The notes: generated by a model not told the origin, from the sequence alone. Numbered from the stretch's first letter, positions 48,502 through 60,464 are shown. The stretch: DNA of 64,000 bases from Chloroflexota bacterium (GCA_023459215.1 JAEWVF010000018.1:70243-134242), one strand, 5' to 3'. Numbers and translations: made by a program.

Positions 48502-49917
48502 TCAGGGATTTATCCAGACGGGTGGAAAGAAAAGAATTCCATCTTTCATATTTATTTTGTTCATAATTGCCCGGGTTGAAATATCGACAATAAGTAGCCT
48601 ATCAAATTCTGAAAAATAAAAATACTTTGAGTCCGGACTCCATTTCCCTTGGTTTACCCTTGTGCCATTTCGAAAAATGATATTTCCATCCCAATCCCCG
48701 ATAACAAGTTCGTTTTCAATAGTTGCCCAAAAATTTTTGTCCGGAGAAATTATAGGCAAAGATTCGAGATATGGAGTTCTTAAAATTTCCCCGCTCGGAA
48801 AAATTTCCAAGGATGAAGAGTTCCATTGAGATGCTATAAAAGCCCCAATCTCTGGATACCAGGAAATTTCTCTTACAATATCGTCTGAAATTTTTTTAGG
48901 TTCCTGTCCAATTTCAAAAAGATATAATCCATCTTGTTGGTTTTCGTAGTTATTAAGTGTGCACAGGAGAAATTGCTTAGTCGAATTGCTATAAGCACCA
49001 GTAAAAAAGTTGCTGAATAAGAGTGTTGTTTCGCCTGAGTCGATATTGACAATATCCAAGCTAATATATTCACCGGGCAAAGCATAATAATAGCCGCTTA
49101 GGTAATTTGACATGTCAATCCAGCCAAATGTTTCTTCAATTCCATACACTTCCCAATCATAAAGTTTGCGGGTTTCTGAGCCGTCAGGTGCTGTTACCCA
49201 GACAGAGAGCATATCATATCCCCTGCCATTGGCCCCGAAATTAAGTTTTTTAGCGGCGCCGTGAACAATATAGCGTCCATCTGGTGTCCAACGTAATGAT
49301 ACTGCCTGGGTTAAGCCATCGGTCAGGCGCTTAATGTTATCATTTTCCATTGAATATACATAAACATCCGATGTTGGGCCATCTATGGACGCGGTAAAAG
49401 CCAAGTATTTTCCATCGGGCGACCATGCTAATTTTCCTAATGCCGAGAAAGTATCCATCAGTTCTGGCGGTTTGTTTTCAAGTGCTGGATATAAACCAGT
49501 TGTGATATATGTGATAGTTTTGTCTACGCCGGGAGTGATACGGATTTTTAAAGTAACATCTTTTGTCGGTGCTCCATTATTCTTGCTTTCGATATATGCA
49601 ATTACGTTGTTGAATGTTGCAATATCAAGTAAATAAAAATCTTTGGATTGTGCGGGTAGAAACGGTGAATATCCAGATCCATCTGGATTTATGATGAAAG
49701 GCATTATTCGATCAGGTATTAATACCCAAGAACCTGTTGTAGATACTGGTGTAATATCTGGGAATGATGGAGTAATTGTGGATGTTGCAGATGAAGAGTT
49801 GGCTATGATGGTTTCTTGTGGTTGAAAAACCGTTGTCACCGGGGTATTTTCTGTTGCCGGACCAGCACAACCTGCCAGCAGGAGAAGTAATCCGAAAATA
49901 TGGTTGAACTTTTTCAT
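48502..49917 (-). CDS. Lipoprotein with PD40/TolB-like beta-propeller repeats, low-GC island
   Basis: Lipobox LLAGC, S/T-rich linker, WSPDGKY / WTPDGRY / WSPDSKY repeats; AT-rich. Confidence 0.6.
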   Translation of the reverse strand: MKKFNHIFGLLLLLAGCAGPATENTPVTTVFQPQETIIANSSSATSTITPSFPDITPVSTTGSWVLIPDRIMPFIINPDGSGYSPFLPAQSKDFYLLDIATFNNVIAYIESKNNGAPTKDVTLKIRITPGVDKTITYITTGLYPALENKPPELMDTFSALGKLAWSPDGKYLAFTASIDGPTSDVYVYSMENDNIKRLTDGLTQAVSLRWTPDGRYIVHGAAKKLNFGANGRGYDMLSVWVTAPDGSETRKLYDWEVYGIEETFGWIDMSNYLSGYYYALPGEYISLDIVNIDSGETTLLFSNFFTGAYSNSTKQFLLCTLNNYENQQDGLYLFEIGQEPKKISDDIVREISWYPEIGAFIASQWNSSSLEIFPSGEILRTPYLESLPIISPDKNFWATIENELVIGDWDGNIIFRNGTRVNQGKWSPDSKYFYFSEFDRLLIVDISTRAIMNKINMKDGILFFPPVWINP

Positions 49918-49924
49918 GGTTTTT

Positions 49925-51316
<1,392 letters not shown>

Positions 51317-51383
51317 GGTTGGGGTTGGTAGGTTGGTAAATTGGGGATTGGCGGTTATGAGCGATAACTCTCCAATTACCAAA

Positions 51384-51959
51384 CTATTCCAGAAGTTCGG
51401 GCAGAGTCGGTTCGGCGATTTGCTCCGGGAAGAGTTTGTGCATAACGGTGATGACCTTGTATGCAAAGTTCGGATCGAAGGTGTAGAAGCCCTCGTACAT
51501 ACGCGACTCACCTTTCAATCGTTCTGCCGAGTTGATTTCTTCGGCCAACAGAGTCATGTGGATGCCCGGCCCATAAGCGATGACGAACCAGTAGTTTTCG
51601 AGTGGGGTGCCGGTGGTATCCACGGCGGTGGTGCGGGCAAAGCCAGGCAGGGGCGCATCGGGCACGCCGTACAGATACAGACCGGTCGATGCCAGGGCAA
51701 CTTGCGTGTAGCGTTCCTGCTGATCGGCCACGCGTGAAAAATACTGGAAGGAAACGTGTGTTTCCGAGATGCCGGGGCTGGCGACGATGGCATCTTCGAT
51801 CATATGGCTGATCTCGACCATGCCATTGACGGTGAAGATGTAGCGAAAATTAACCCGGTTCAGGTCTTCGCGCGTGGCGCTTTTCAGAAACGCTTCGGTG
51901 CGCGGCGGGAACAGCGGCATCAGTTTGCCAAAGAAGTTGTGCAGGATATCTTTTTCCAT
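51384..51959 (-). CDS. Stand-alone DICT-like sensor-domain protein
   Basis: Homologous to N-terminal domain of adjacent cyclase (FQxFS..RY.Q.A..Y..G..D.P.P..L..WF.....P.....LL..EI). Confidence 0.5.
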   Translation of the reverse strand: MEKDILHNFFGKLMPLFPPRTEAFLKSATREDLNRVNFRYIFTVNGMVEISHMIEDAIVASPGISETHVSFQYFSRVADQQERYTQVALASTGLYLYGVPDAPLPGFARTTAVDTTGTPLENYWFVIAYGPGIHMTLLAEEINSAERLKGESRMYEGFYTFDPNFAYKVITVMHKLFPEQIAEPTLPELLE

Positions 51960-52047
51960 AAGGTTTCCTCCTGATTAGAAAGCTGGAAAATTAAAGGTTG
52001 ATGTTTGTTCGTGCTATTGGCTTGGCGCCCTTGCAAATCGCTGATGC

Positions 52048-53373
52048 TCAAGCTTCCTGTTCCGCCTCTTGCATTTCTTCAAGGGCTTCGAACTCGGCGC
52101 TGTACATGCGCTGATAGCCCTTACCCTTGACCTGCACTTCGCGGCCCAGGCAGCGGATGGGCCGGTTGATGGCCTGGTAGGTGGGTTCGTCGACGCTGAT
52201 GCCGTTAATCGGCGCAAGGGCTTGCAGGCGGCTGGCCATGTTGACCGCGTCGCCGATGATGGTGATTTCACGCCGCGAGGCCGAGCCGAGTCGGGCGATG
52301 ACGCATTCCCCGCTGGCGATGCCGATGCGGGTATTCAGCACGGTTTCGCGGTGAGCGATTTGTTGCTTGTTGAAACGCGCCAGATGGCGCTGCATGGCGA
52401 TGGCGGCGTTGACCGCATCCTTGGGTTCGCTGAAGAAAGCCATCAGGCCGTCGCCCAGGAATTTGTCGATGTCGCCATTGTGTTCATAAACGATGGTGGC
52501 CAGCAGGTTGAAATAGCGATTCAAGTTCCTGGTCAGTTCCAGGGTATCGTTGCGCTCGAAAAGCGGGGTGAATTCGTGAATGTCAGTGAACAGGATGGTC
52601 AGGTTGCGCCGTTCAGGCGCAGTCGGCTCATTTTCTGCCGGGTCATCCGGCAGGTTCTGGCTGTCCTGCCAGGCATGCCGCGAAATCATGCTGCGCACAA
52701 TCCCTTCCATGCGCTCCAGCGCCTGGGTGCGGTTTTGCAGATTGCCATACAGGGCCGAAAGCTGGCTCTGGGCGCGATCCATGTACCCGGCGAATTGGTT
52801 CAGGTAGGTGTTGAGCGGATTCGCCGGCTCGAAGGGCGCGGGGACAAGCGGCGGGGCGGGCAGCCCGAGCGCCTGGTGCAGTAAACTGACCGCCGGCTGG
52901 ACGATGTGGTCTTCCATGCTGATCAGGCCCTGGTAGAAACGTCCGCGGCCAAACTGGTTGTCGCGAACCGAAGCCGCATAGCGCCCGCGAATCTCGTGGG
53001 TCAGCAGAGCAATATTGAAGCGCGGATGGGCAAAGAGGATGAACCATTCCTGGACGAGCGGCGCGTTGGCTTCCAGGGCGACATATTCCAGCTTTGGAAT
53101 TTCAGGCGCGGGGCTGTCAGCCTGTCCAAAGATATAGATTTTTTTGCAGCGCCCAGCCAACTGCCGAAAGCGGTCGGCCTGCGGCAGGAAGGCGGAAAAA
53201 CGCTGGAATCCGGCGAAAAAGATTGAATCCAGGCCGTGGCGCAGCACCGTTTCTTCGATGCTGTGGCTGACCGCCAGCAGGGAGGCCACCGACGAGGTGC
53301 GCGTGGCGTTCAGCCCCGATGGCTGGCTCGCATTCAGCGTATAGAGCGAGAGAGTCTGGATGTCGGGTTGCAT
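52048..53373 (-). CDS. Class III adenylate/guanylate cyclase with N-terminal DICT-like sensor domain
   Basis: CHD motifs LFTDIHEFT, FLGDGLMAFF, IGIASGECV; N-terminal domain paralogous to 51384-51959. Confidence 0.8.
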   Translation of the reverse strand: MQPDIQTLSLYTLNASQPSGLNATRTSSVASLLAVSHSIEETVLRHGLDSIFFAGFQRFSAFLPQADRFRQLAGRCKKIYIFGQADSPAPEIPKLEYVALEANAPLVQEWFILFAHPRFNIALLTHEIRGRYAASVRDNQFGRGRFYQGLISMEDHIVQPAVSLLHQALGLPAPPLVPAPFEPANPLNTYLNQFAGYMDRAQSQLSALYGNLQNRTQALERMEGIVRSMISRHAWQDSQNLPDDPAENEPTAPERRNLTILFTDIHEFTPLFERNDTLELTRNLNRYFNLLATIVYEHNGDIDKFLGDGLMAFFSEPKDAVNAAIAMQRHLARFNKQQIAHRETVLNTRIGIASGECVIARLGSASRREITIIGDAVNMASRLQALAPINGISVDEPTYQAINRPIRCLGREVQVKGKGYQRMYSAEFEALEEMQEAEQEA

Positions 53374-53377
53374 GGTT

Positions 53378-54601
53378 TTAGTGTGATATCCCGGTGGGGG
53401 CCGGGGCCGATTTTGCGCGGATTTCCGCCGCAATCGGGTGGCCGTAAATGACGCGCCAGACGTAAACGCTCAAAACCGCCAGCATCGCTGCGCTGAAGAA
53501 ACCGGGCGCGGATGTCCCGGCCCAGCCGAGCAAAGCGCCGCCCAGGGTGGGGGCGATGGCGCGCGTCAGGCTTTCGACCGAAGCTGAAAGGCCGAGAATG
53601 CCGCCGATTTCCTGCGGTTCGACCGCTTTGGTCAGGGTGGAAGCCAGGACGGTATTCAGCACGCCACCGGCGATTGCGGTGGGAGTTAGAACGGCGATCA
53701 GCCAGAAGACGGATGGCGAAAGGGCCCATCCGAGCAGTGAAATGGCCATTACAACCACCGAAACGGCGATCAGTCCATCTTCACGAAAACGGCGGGTAAG
53801 CTGGCCAATCAGGAATCCCTGTACAATGACCGAAAGCACGCCAACGTAGGCGAGAATCAGGCCGGTTTCCTGGGCGCCCAATTCGAATTTTTTCAGGGCG
53901 TACAACGAGAAGATGGTTTGGAAGATGGCAAAAGGCAGCCCGAAGAAGAAGCGGGTAATCAGCAGGGAACCGCTGAAGGGGCGCTTGAGCGCGTCCAGCA
54001 GGGCCGACAAGGTAAAGCCAGGCTGCTTTTCAGGCATGCTGGCCCGTTTTTCGGGAGTAAGCGATTCGGGCAGCCAGAAAGCGACCAATCCCAGGTTGAT
54101 CAGGGCCAGGCTGGCGGCCAAAAAGGCCGGGACGGCGTAGCCCCACTGGCTCAGGAATCCGCCGGCGGCCGGGCCGATGATGAACCCGATCCCGAAAGCG
54201 GCCCCGATCATGCCCAGGCCCATCGAGCGGTTTTTCTCGTCGGTGACATCCGAGATGTAAGCCTGGGCCACGCTCAGATTGCCGCCGGTGAAACCGTCCA
54301 GGATGCGGCTGGCGAAGAGCATCCACAAGCTGTTGGCAAACCCGAGCAGCAGGAACCCCAGGAAGGTGCCGAAAATGCTGACCAGCAGGATCTGGCGGCG
54401 GCCAAAACGGTCTGAAAGGCGGCCCAAAACGGGCGCGCCGACCAGTTGCATGGCGGCATAGGAGGCAACCAGCAGTCCGGTAACGAAATCGCTGGCCCCG
54501 AACGTGCTGGCATAGTATGGCAGCAGCGGCAAAATCAGGCCAAAGCCGAGCAGGTCGACGAAAACGACGAAAATAACGGGGAAAAGGCGTTTTTTATCCA
54601 T
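53378..54601 (-). CDS. MFS transporter
   Basis: 12 TM helices, GRLSDRFGRR motif. Confidence 0.85.
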   Translation of the reverse strand: MDKKRLFPVIFVVFVDLLGFGLILPLLPYYASTFGASDFVTGLLVASYAAMQLVGAPVLGRLSDRFGRRQILLVSIFGTFLGFLLLGFANSLWMLFASRILDGFTGGNLSVAQAYISDVTDEKNRSMGLGMIGAAFGIGFIIGPAAGGFLSQWGYAVPAFLAASLALINLGLVAFWLPESLTPEKRASMPEKQPGFTLSALLDALKRPFSGSLLITRFFFGLPFAIFQTIFSLYALKKFELGAQETGLILAYVGVLSVIVQGFLIGQLTRRFREDGLIAVSVVVMAISLLGWALSPSVFWLIAVLTPTAIAGGVLNTVLASTLTKAVEPQEIGGILGLSASVESLTRAIAPTLGGALLGWAGTSAPGFFSAAMLAVLSVYVWRVIYGHPIAAEIRAKSAPAPTGISH

Positions 54602-55076
54602 GAAGTTTTTCTTGGTTGAACTCTTTTACAACGGCCAGGATTTCCTCGTTGGCAGGAATATCGGCGGCGTCGTGGCCGTAATGCACGAAGCGCACAATGC
54701 CCTGCTTGTCGATGGTCACCTGGGCGGGCATGCGCCCAAACTTGAAGATTTTGATTTGCTGTCCATACAGCTTTAGAACGCTGTGGGTTGGGTCGGGCAG
54801 GCCGATGAAGGGCAGGTCATTTTTTTGCCAGTAGTTTTTGAACGCGCTGGTATCCTCGGGGCCGAGCACCAGCACGACCGTATCTTCGGCAACAAATTTG
54901 TCATGATCCTGGCGCAACTGCGCCATGTGCCGTTGGCAGAACGGTCAGAAAAAACCGCGATTGAAGACCAGCAGTACGTTTTTCTGACCTTTGAAGTCAG
55001 AAAGGCGGATCTGCTGGCCGTTGAAATCGGCCAGGCTGAAGTCGGGTGCGGGTTGGTTGAGTGCGACGCGGCTCAT
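54594..55076 (-). CDS. Candidate selenoprotein: AhpC/TSA (redoxin)-family peroxiredoxin-like protein with in-frame TGA (Sec) in UxxC motif
   Basis: MSRVALNQPAPDFSLADFNGQQIRLSDFKGQKNVLLVFNRGFF-TGA(54945-54947)-PFCQRHMAQL...; the TGA sits exactly where the redox Cys of FxRGxxCPxC is expected; stem-loop ggcgc-aguu-gcgcc about 20 nt downstream. Confidence 0.55.
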
Positions 55077-55077
55077 C

Positions 55078-55404
55078 TCAGGCGTTCCTTCCCAACCAGA
55101 ATTTTTTCCAGTCGCCGCGGCTGGCGTACAGATTAATCAGGGCATACAGGCTGACGGCGAAAGCGCCCAGGGTCATGACGGCGATAATCCACAATACCGT
55201 TGCGGGGATGGATTTTTCGCGGTAAACGATCCAGGCTGAAAAAAGCGTAAAGCCGACATACAAATCGACTAGCGAGACGATCCCCCACGGCATGGAGGTC
55301 AGCACTGCGCCCTCGGCGGCGAAATCGCCCACGACGAAGCCATAGGCAATCACCGCGGTCATGGCGATTACGCCCAACAGGGCGATGGTTTTGGCGAGTT
55401 TCAT
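55078..55404 (-). CDS. Small polytopic membrane protein (4 TM)
   Basis: 108-aa hydrophobic ORF tightly following the Prx-like gene. Confidence 0.5.
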   Translation of the reverse strand: MKLAKTIALLGVIAMTAVIAYGFVVGDFAAEGAVLTSMPWGIVSLVDLYVGFTLFSAWIVYREKSIPATVLWIIAVMTLGAFAVSLYALINLYASRGDWKKFWLGRNA

Positions 55405-55406
55405 GG

Positions 55407-56255
55407 TTAGCGAATCCTTTTCTTGCTGATGGCAACGAAACCCAGCGCGCCAATGCCCAGGTGCGCACCCAAAACGGGCGTAATCTGCACTGGCACAGGC
55501 TCATCTTCCTCCGGAAAGTAAGCGCGCACGGCTTCCTGCAAGGCCTCGGCCTCTTCCTGGATGCCGGCGTGGACCACTGCCAGGCGCTCAAAGGGCGCAT
55601 ACTGGTTGAGCCAGTCCAGCAATTGGGCGGTGGCCTTTTTCTGGGTGCGGGTGCGGTGGACGGTCGGTTTGCCCTGGTGCATGTGCAGCAGCGGTTTGAT
55701 TTTCAGGAATTCGCCGATATGGGCCACGGCGCTGTTCATCCGTCCGCTGCGGCGCAGGTATTCGAGCGTTTTCAGCGAGGCAAAAACATAGCTGCGGGTC
55801 ATCTGCTCCTTGAGTTGCAGCAGGATGTTCTCGATGGTTTCCCCGGCGCGGGCCAGTAGGGCCGCTTTCTCGACCAGGAAGCCCGTTCCCAGGCTGAGTT
55901 GGCTCGAGTCGAGTACCGTTACCGGGATGCGGGTAAATTCCTCGGCGGCCTTGCGGGCGACATTGATGGTTGCGCTCAAACTTTCAGAAATATGGATCGA
56001 CAGGATGGCTTTTGCGCCCTCATCGGCCAGGCGTTCGTAAATCTGGCGGAACATTTCCGGGCTGGGGGCGGCGGTCTTTGGGAAAGGATTCATCTCGGGC
56101 AGTTGGCGATAAAACTCCTCGCGGGAGATGTCAACGCCATCGACCAGGGCTTTTTCGCCAATATGGATATTGAGCGGCAGGACGGTGATACCCAAATCCT
56201 GTACGGTTTCATCGGGCAGATCGCAGGTGCTGTCGGTGACAATTCGAATGCTCAT
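55407..56255 (-). CDS. DegV-family fatty-acid-binding protein (paralog 2)
   Basis: IRIVTDSTCDLP N-terminus. Confidence 0.85.
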   Translation of the reverse strand: MSIRIVTDSTCDLPDETVQDLGITVLPLNIHIGEKALVDGVDISREEFYRQLPEMNPFPKTAAPSPEMFRQIYERLADEGAKAILSIHISESLSATINVARKAAEEFTRIPVTVLDSSQLSLGTGFLVEKAALLARAGETIENILLQLKEQMTRSYVFASLKTLEYLRRSGRMNSAVAHIGEFLKIKPLLHMHQGKPTVHRTRTQKKATAQLLDWLNQYAPFERLAVVHAGIQEEAEALQEAVRAYFPEEDEPVPVQITPVLGAHLGIGALGFVAISKKRIR

Positions 56256-56293
56256 AAGTGCTGTCTTTCTCCCTTTTTTGGGCGTTGCGAACG

Positions 56294-57328
56294 TTAATCG
56301 CTACTGGCCGAATTTTCGGCTATGGCAGTTGGTTTGCGAAAACGGTCAACGATCCAGATACCCAGCGCGACCAGTCCGGCCATGAGAAAAGCGACCAGGT
56401 ATTCGATGATCGGGATGCGAATAACCTCATTCAGATATTCCCATCCTTTCCAATTGTATACCGCCAGCGCCGCAAGAATATAACCAAGTCCTATCAACCA
56501 GCGGGTAAGTTTGCTCCAGCCAACGCCGTGCATTTGGGTGATGACGAACATGCCCAGGAAGCCGAAGAAGAACATCGTCCAGATGCCGGAGCCTTGCAGG
56601 ATGGCCACCATTGTTCCGTGGAACAGAACCGCCACCTCCTGGGTCAGCATCCACCACTTGTTGACGTGAATACGCGTCAGGAAGAGCGAGCCTTGCAGCA
56701 GCAGGAAGAACATGTACAGGAAGCCGAGTAAATGCCCGGATGTGTTCACCATCGGGTGGAACCAGAAGGTGTAGACGGTGGCCCAGGCGAACAGGTAGCC
56801 GTGATATTTGCGCGCAAAATCGATCACGCGGGTTGAAATGGGGGCTTTTTTGCCAAAGAACATGCCGCGGCGTTTGTTTTCCATGATCAGGATGGCGCAC
56901 AACATCAGGATGACTGAACCTTGCGAACTCCAAACCGGCGTATCCTGGGCCAGCCCATCGTACCAGATGTGGCTCTGGATAAAGTGCAGGACGATGAAGA
57001 GCGCGTTCAATCCCAATGCCCAGATATTAACCATGTGCAGGCCTTTAGCATATTTCTGCACGCGGGTTTGGGCGTAGTAAATCAGCCCCCAGAAGGCGAT
57101 CTGGTGCAGGGCATACAGGCCCCAGTAGCTCAGGCGCGTCCAGAAGGTTACAGCTTCAACGGGGAGTTTCCACTCGTACCAGAGCGGTCCCTGGTCGGGC
57201 AGGATTGGGACGGCGTTCAGCCGTTCACCGGCCAGCCAGATCAGCAGGGTGAACGCCAGCGAGAAGGCGATGCCGCCCCACAGGGCGATTTTGTTGGAGC
57301 GTGGGTCTGAAAGGTCGATTTTGTTCAT
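56294..57328 (-). CDS. Polytopic membrane protein of unknown function (carotenoid-cluster associated; CruF-like hydratase is one possibility)
   Basis: 344 aa, about 9 TM helices rich in His/Trp; 23 nt downstream of carH-like gene. Confidence 0.4.
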   Translation of the reverse strand: MNKIDLSDPRSNKIALWGGIAFSLAFTLLIWLAGERLNAVPILPDQGPLWYEWKLPVEAVTFWTRLSYWGLYALHQIAFWGLIYYAQTRVQKYAKGLHMVNIWALGLNALFIVLHFIQSHIWYDGLAQDTPVWSSQGSVILMLCAILIMENKRRGMFFGKKAPISTRVIDFARKYHGYLFAWATVYTFWFHPMVNTSGHLLGFLYMFFLLLQGSLFLTRIHVNKWWMLTQEVAVLFHGTMVAILQGSGIWTMFFFGFLGMFVITQMHGVGWSKLTRWLIGLGYILAALAVYNWKGWEYLNEVIRIPIIEYLVAFLMAGLVALGIWIVDRFRKPTAIAENSASSD

Positions 57329-57351
57329 GGTTTCACCTATATGATTTCTGT

Positions 57352-58683
57352 TCAGGCCAGGAATTTGTTGACGGTAGCGGTGTTCAACCAGCGGCTGATG
57401 ATGCGCCCTTGTTCGGGCATGTGTTGGTCAATGGCTTCGGCAAATGTTTTCAGGTAGTCAACAACCACCTGCGCCGGCATCCGGTTGACCTTGATCAGCG
57501 TTTCGAGCCAATCCAATTCCGAATCGATGTAATGCAGGTTGCCCAGGTGCAGGGCGGCAATAATATTGTCGCCCAGGAACTGATTGGCATTGGAAATGTG
57601 CTCGGGGTTGGCGCTGAAAGGCCGCAGGCGTTCGTTGACGGCATTTTCGATCAATGGCCGTTTAATCACGAAGCTTTTCAGGGTTTGCACATATTCGGTC
57701 GGCAGCGGAGCGATTTTGGGCGTTTCCGGGCGGCTGGCCAGCAGCATTTCAATTTTTTCGATGCCCGCTTCCAGTGTATCGCCCAGGTAATGACCGGGGA
57801 TGTGAGCTGTCAGGCCGGGCTGCATGATAAATATCCTGCCGCCGTACACCACGGTTGCGCCGTGGGCCGAGAGCAGGCTGGCGGTTTGCTGCAAGCTGGC
57901 GGCGGTGCGCAGTTGTTGTGACGTTAAAACCACCAGGCTGGGTTGGACCGCTGTCAGGGTTTCCTCGAAGCGTTCGGCTGGCACGTTTGAGCCAAGGTAA
58001 ATCACATTCAGTCCGCGGCGGCGCAGCAGGATGGTCAGGAGCAGGCCGCTGAAGTTGTGCCACTCATTCGGTGGGCAACCTACCAGAATGGTGTGCGGCC
58101 GTCCCGGGGCTGGCGAAGCGGCAATCAGCGCATCCAGGCGGCGCATGGCCAGCCCTGAAGCAAAATGCTCCTGCTGAACGCTGGCGCGGTTCTCATACCA
58201 GAGCATCCCAATTTCGGTCAGGCCGCGGGCGAGCAGGTCGACGCAAACGGTTTCAACCGGGTACAGGCTGAACGCCTGGTTCAAGGTTTGTTCGGCGGTT
58301 GTTTCGTTGAAGTTCAGGCAGGCGGCCAGCCATTGGGCGCGCAGCGCATCCAGCCCGGTTTCGGGCGGCAGGTAAATTGCCTGGTTGGCCAGGTTGAAGC
58401 TGGTCGGGCGCGGCCCGGGCATTGTTTCCAACGGATCTTTGCCGTTGACGGCTTGTTCGCGCCACATTTCCACGGCGCGCGAAATCGACAGACCCTCGTT
58501 TTGGCGCGCGATCAGCCATTTGATCAGGGCAATGTCACGTTCCGAGTACAGGCGATGACCGCCTGGTGTGCGCTGCGGATTGGGCAGCCCATAACGGCGT
58601 TCCCAGGCGCGCAAGGTATCTGCGCTTAATCCAGTTTCCTTCAAGACAGCTTTCAGGTTGAAAATCGGGTTCGTGCTCGGCAT
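57352..58683 (-). CDS. carH: CarH/LitR-type MerR-family transcriptional regulator with cobalamin-binding domain and C-terminal extension
   Basis: MerR HTH (LKETGLSADTLRAWERRYGLP), W-x9-EH (WYENRASVQQEH) four-helix-bundle motif, Rossmann B12 motif EWHNFSG. Confidence 0.7.
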   Translation of the reverse strand: MPSTNPIFNLKAVLKETGLSADTLRAWERRYGLPNPQRTPGGHRLYSERDIALIKWLIARQNEGLSISRAVEMWREQAVNGKDPLETMPGPRPTSFNLANQAIYLPPETGLDALRAQWLAACLNFNETTAEQTLNQAFSLYPVETVCVDLLARGLTEIGMLWYENRASVQQEHFASGLAMRRLDALIAASPAPGRPHTILVGCPPNEWHNFSGLLLTILLRRRGLNVIYLGSNVPAERFEETLTAVQPSLVVLTSQQLRTAASLQQTASLLSAHGATVVYGGRIFIMQPGLTAHIPGHYLGDTLEAGIEKIEMLLASRPETPKIAPLPTEYVQTLKSFVIKRPLIENAVNERLRPFSANPEHISNANQFLGDNIIAALHLGNLHYIDSELDWLETLIKVNRMPAQVVVDYLKTFAEAIDQHMPEQGRIISRWLNTATVNKFLA

Positions 58684-58757
58684 AGTTCTTTCAATGGTAC
58701 TCGCGCAGGAACAAAAGGCCAGGTGTTTTATGCCTTTTGTTCCTGGCTTGTGAGAAA

Positions 58758-59177
58758 TTAATCCCCGGTCGCGGGCGACAATTTATACCCGGCGACGGTT
58801 AAACCTTTGAATTCTTTCAAAATGCGTTCGGTGGTCAAGCGCGCCGAGAGCAGCACAATTGGCAGGCCGGTGCCGGGATGGGTGGATGCCCCGGCAAAGT
58901 ACATATTCTTGAACTGCGCGTGGCGGTTCTGCGGGCGCAGGAAACCCACCTGCCAGAAGTTGTGGCTCAGGCCAAAAGCGGCGCCTTTTTCAAGGTTAAA
59001 ACGCTCTTTCCATTCCTTTGGCGTGTAGCTAATCTCAAACTTGATGTGTTCGCGCAAATCGCTGATGCCCATTTCCTTTTCAAGGCGGGCAAAAACCGTT
59101 TCACGGGCGCGATTGACCATGCAGAAAAACTTGTTTCCACTGCTCCCGTCAATATTGTTAAGTGCCACTAAGCGCAC
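58758..59177 (-). pseudogene. crtI: Phytoene desaturase (crtI) C-terminal remnant, N-terminal ~350 codons missing
   Basis: Matches only the C-terminal ~130 aa of CrtI (YFAGASTHPGTGLPIVLLSA); upstream sequence switches abruptly to AT-rich foreign DNA. Confidence 0.6.
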
Positions 59178-59357
59178 TTTTTATTTTGCGCAGCAATTGA
59201 GACATAAAAATTATAGTTTTTTTATGCTTCTTTGTCAAGATTTTGTCGATTTGTTCTTTTAATATCTAGTCAAAACATCGACAATTCGAACAAAGAAAAC
59301 CAAAGAAAATATAGTATTATTAATAATGTTTGTTTGAGTGTTTGACGGAGTAATTAA

Positions 59358-60464
59358 ATGGGTAGACTAAGACCAGAAGCTCGAAGGAAATACGAAAAAG
59401 AACTTTTAGCAACAATGGATATTGCTAAAAGCAATGTTCTTTCGTATATGTTAATAGAGAAAATTGCTCACAAATTTAATAAAAAGCCTACATTGTTTAT
59501 GACAACACTGATAAGTTTTTTATTAGCTGTTCTTGTTTTTCTTATTTCTCTCTCTGTAGATTTTATTTTTGGTAAGCCTATAAGCCTTGATCAAATCATT
59601 GGGTTAGCAATATCTGCTTTCCTGGCTGGTGCATTTATCTGGGTTCTAAAAGTCGCGGAAGATATAGCTTTTTTGGGAAACATGAAAGACATTCTGGCTT
59701 TGCCTGCCGAAGAAGACGGTTTTCAAAAACTTAATGATTGGTTTAGGGAAATTTTTCGATTTAAACCTCAATTTATTTGGGCATTGAGTTTTGGTATATG
59801 TTCGGTTATCAGTGCTTGGTTCCTGTTTAGAGGCTTTCATCGTCTAGCTTCTAGTTTTGGTATATATATTGGTGTTTTTATTGTGTTTTTTATTATTGGG
59901 ATTGGAGCACATGCCGCATTATCTTTGCCATCCTTAGTTAAAGTTGCTAGTAAAACTCGCCTAAATCTCTACGCATTTGATCCTGTAAAATCTAGAGCAG
60001 TCAAGATCGCAAACAAAGCGTATGGATTAATAACGCTGGGTACCGGTTTTGTTGCCACTGTTGTTATGATGATGCTGTTTATTCTCAACCCTTGGGGAGA
60101 ACAAAGGACTTTTTGGATCGCAGCCGGATGGCTGGTGATTGTTTGGGGAGTTACTCTATATTCTTTCATTTATCCTCATTATTATGTTACTCAGGGTATT
60201 TTGTTTGAGAAGCAGAATCAACTCGAAATACTAGATCAGCAGATCGAAAAGCTTAGCGAACGCTTGGCTTCTTTGTCTCCAGATGAAATTTCGCGGCTCG
60301 AGAAGTATATTGAATTACGAGAAAAAGTATTTCTGTCAAAAAATACATCTATAGATATTTCTTCTTTTTGGAATTTTATAACATCCATGGTTCTTCCGGC
60401 GGTATCATTTGTTCTTGGCGGTCTAGATGTAATTAAGCAGGCCTTTCCTGAATTATTTATTTAG
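59358..60464 (+). CDS. Polytopic membrane protein of unknown function encoded in a low-GC island
   Basis: 368 aa, AT-rich codon usage, about 6 TM helices and C-terminal coiled-coil; own terminator. Confidence 0.55.
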   Translation: MGRLRPEARRKYEKELLATMDIAKSNVLSYMLIEKIAHKFNKKPTLFMTTLISFLLAVLVFLISLSVDFIFGKPISLDQIIGLAISAFLAGAFIWVLKVAEDIAFLGNMKDILALPAEEDGFQKLNDWFREIFRFKPQFIWALSFGICSVISAWFLFRGFHRLASSFGIYIGVFIVFFIIGIGAHAALSLPSLVKVASKTRLNLYAFDPVKSRAVKIANKAYGLITLGTGFVATVVMMMLFILNPWGEQRTFWIAAGWLVIVWGVTLYSFIYPHYYVTQGILFEKQNQLEILDQQIEKLSERLASLSPDEISRLEKYIELREKVFLSKNTSIDISSFWNFITSMVLPAVSFVLGGLDVIKQAFPELFI

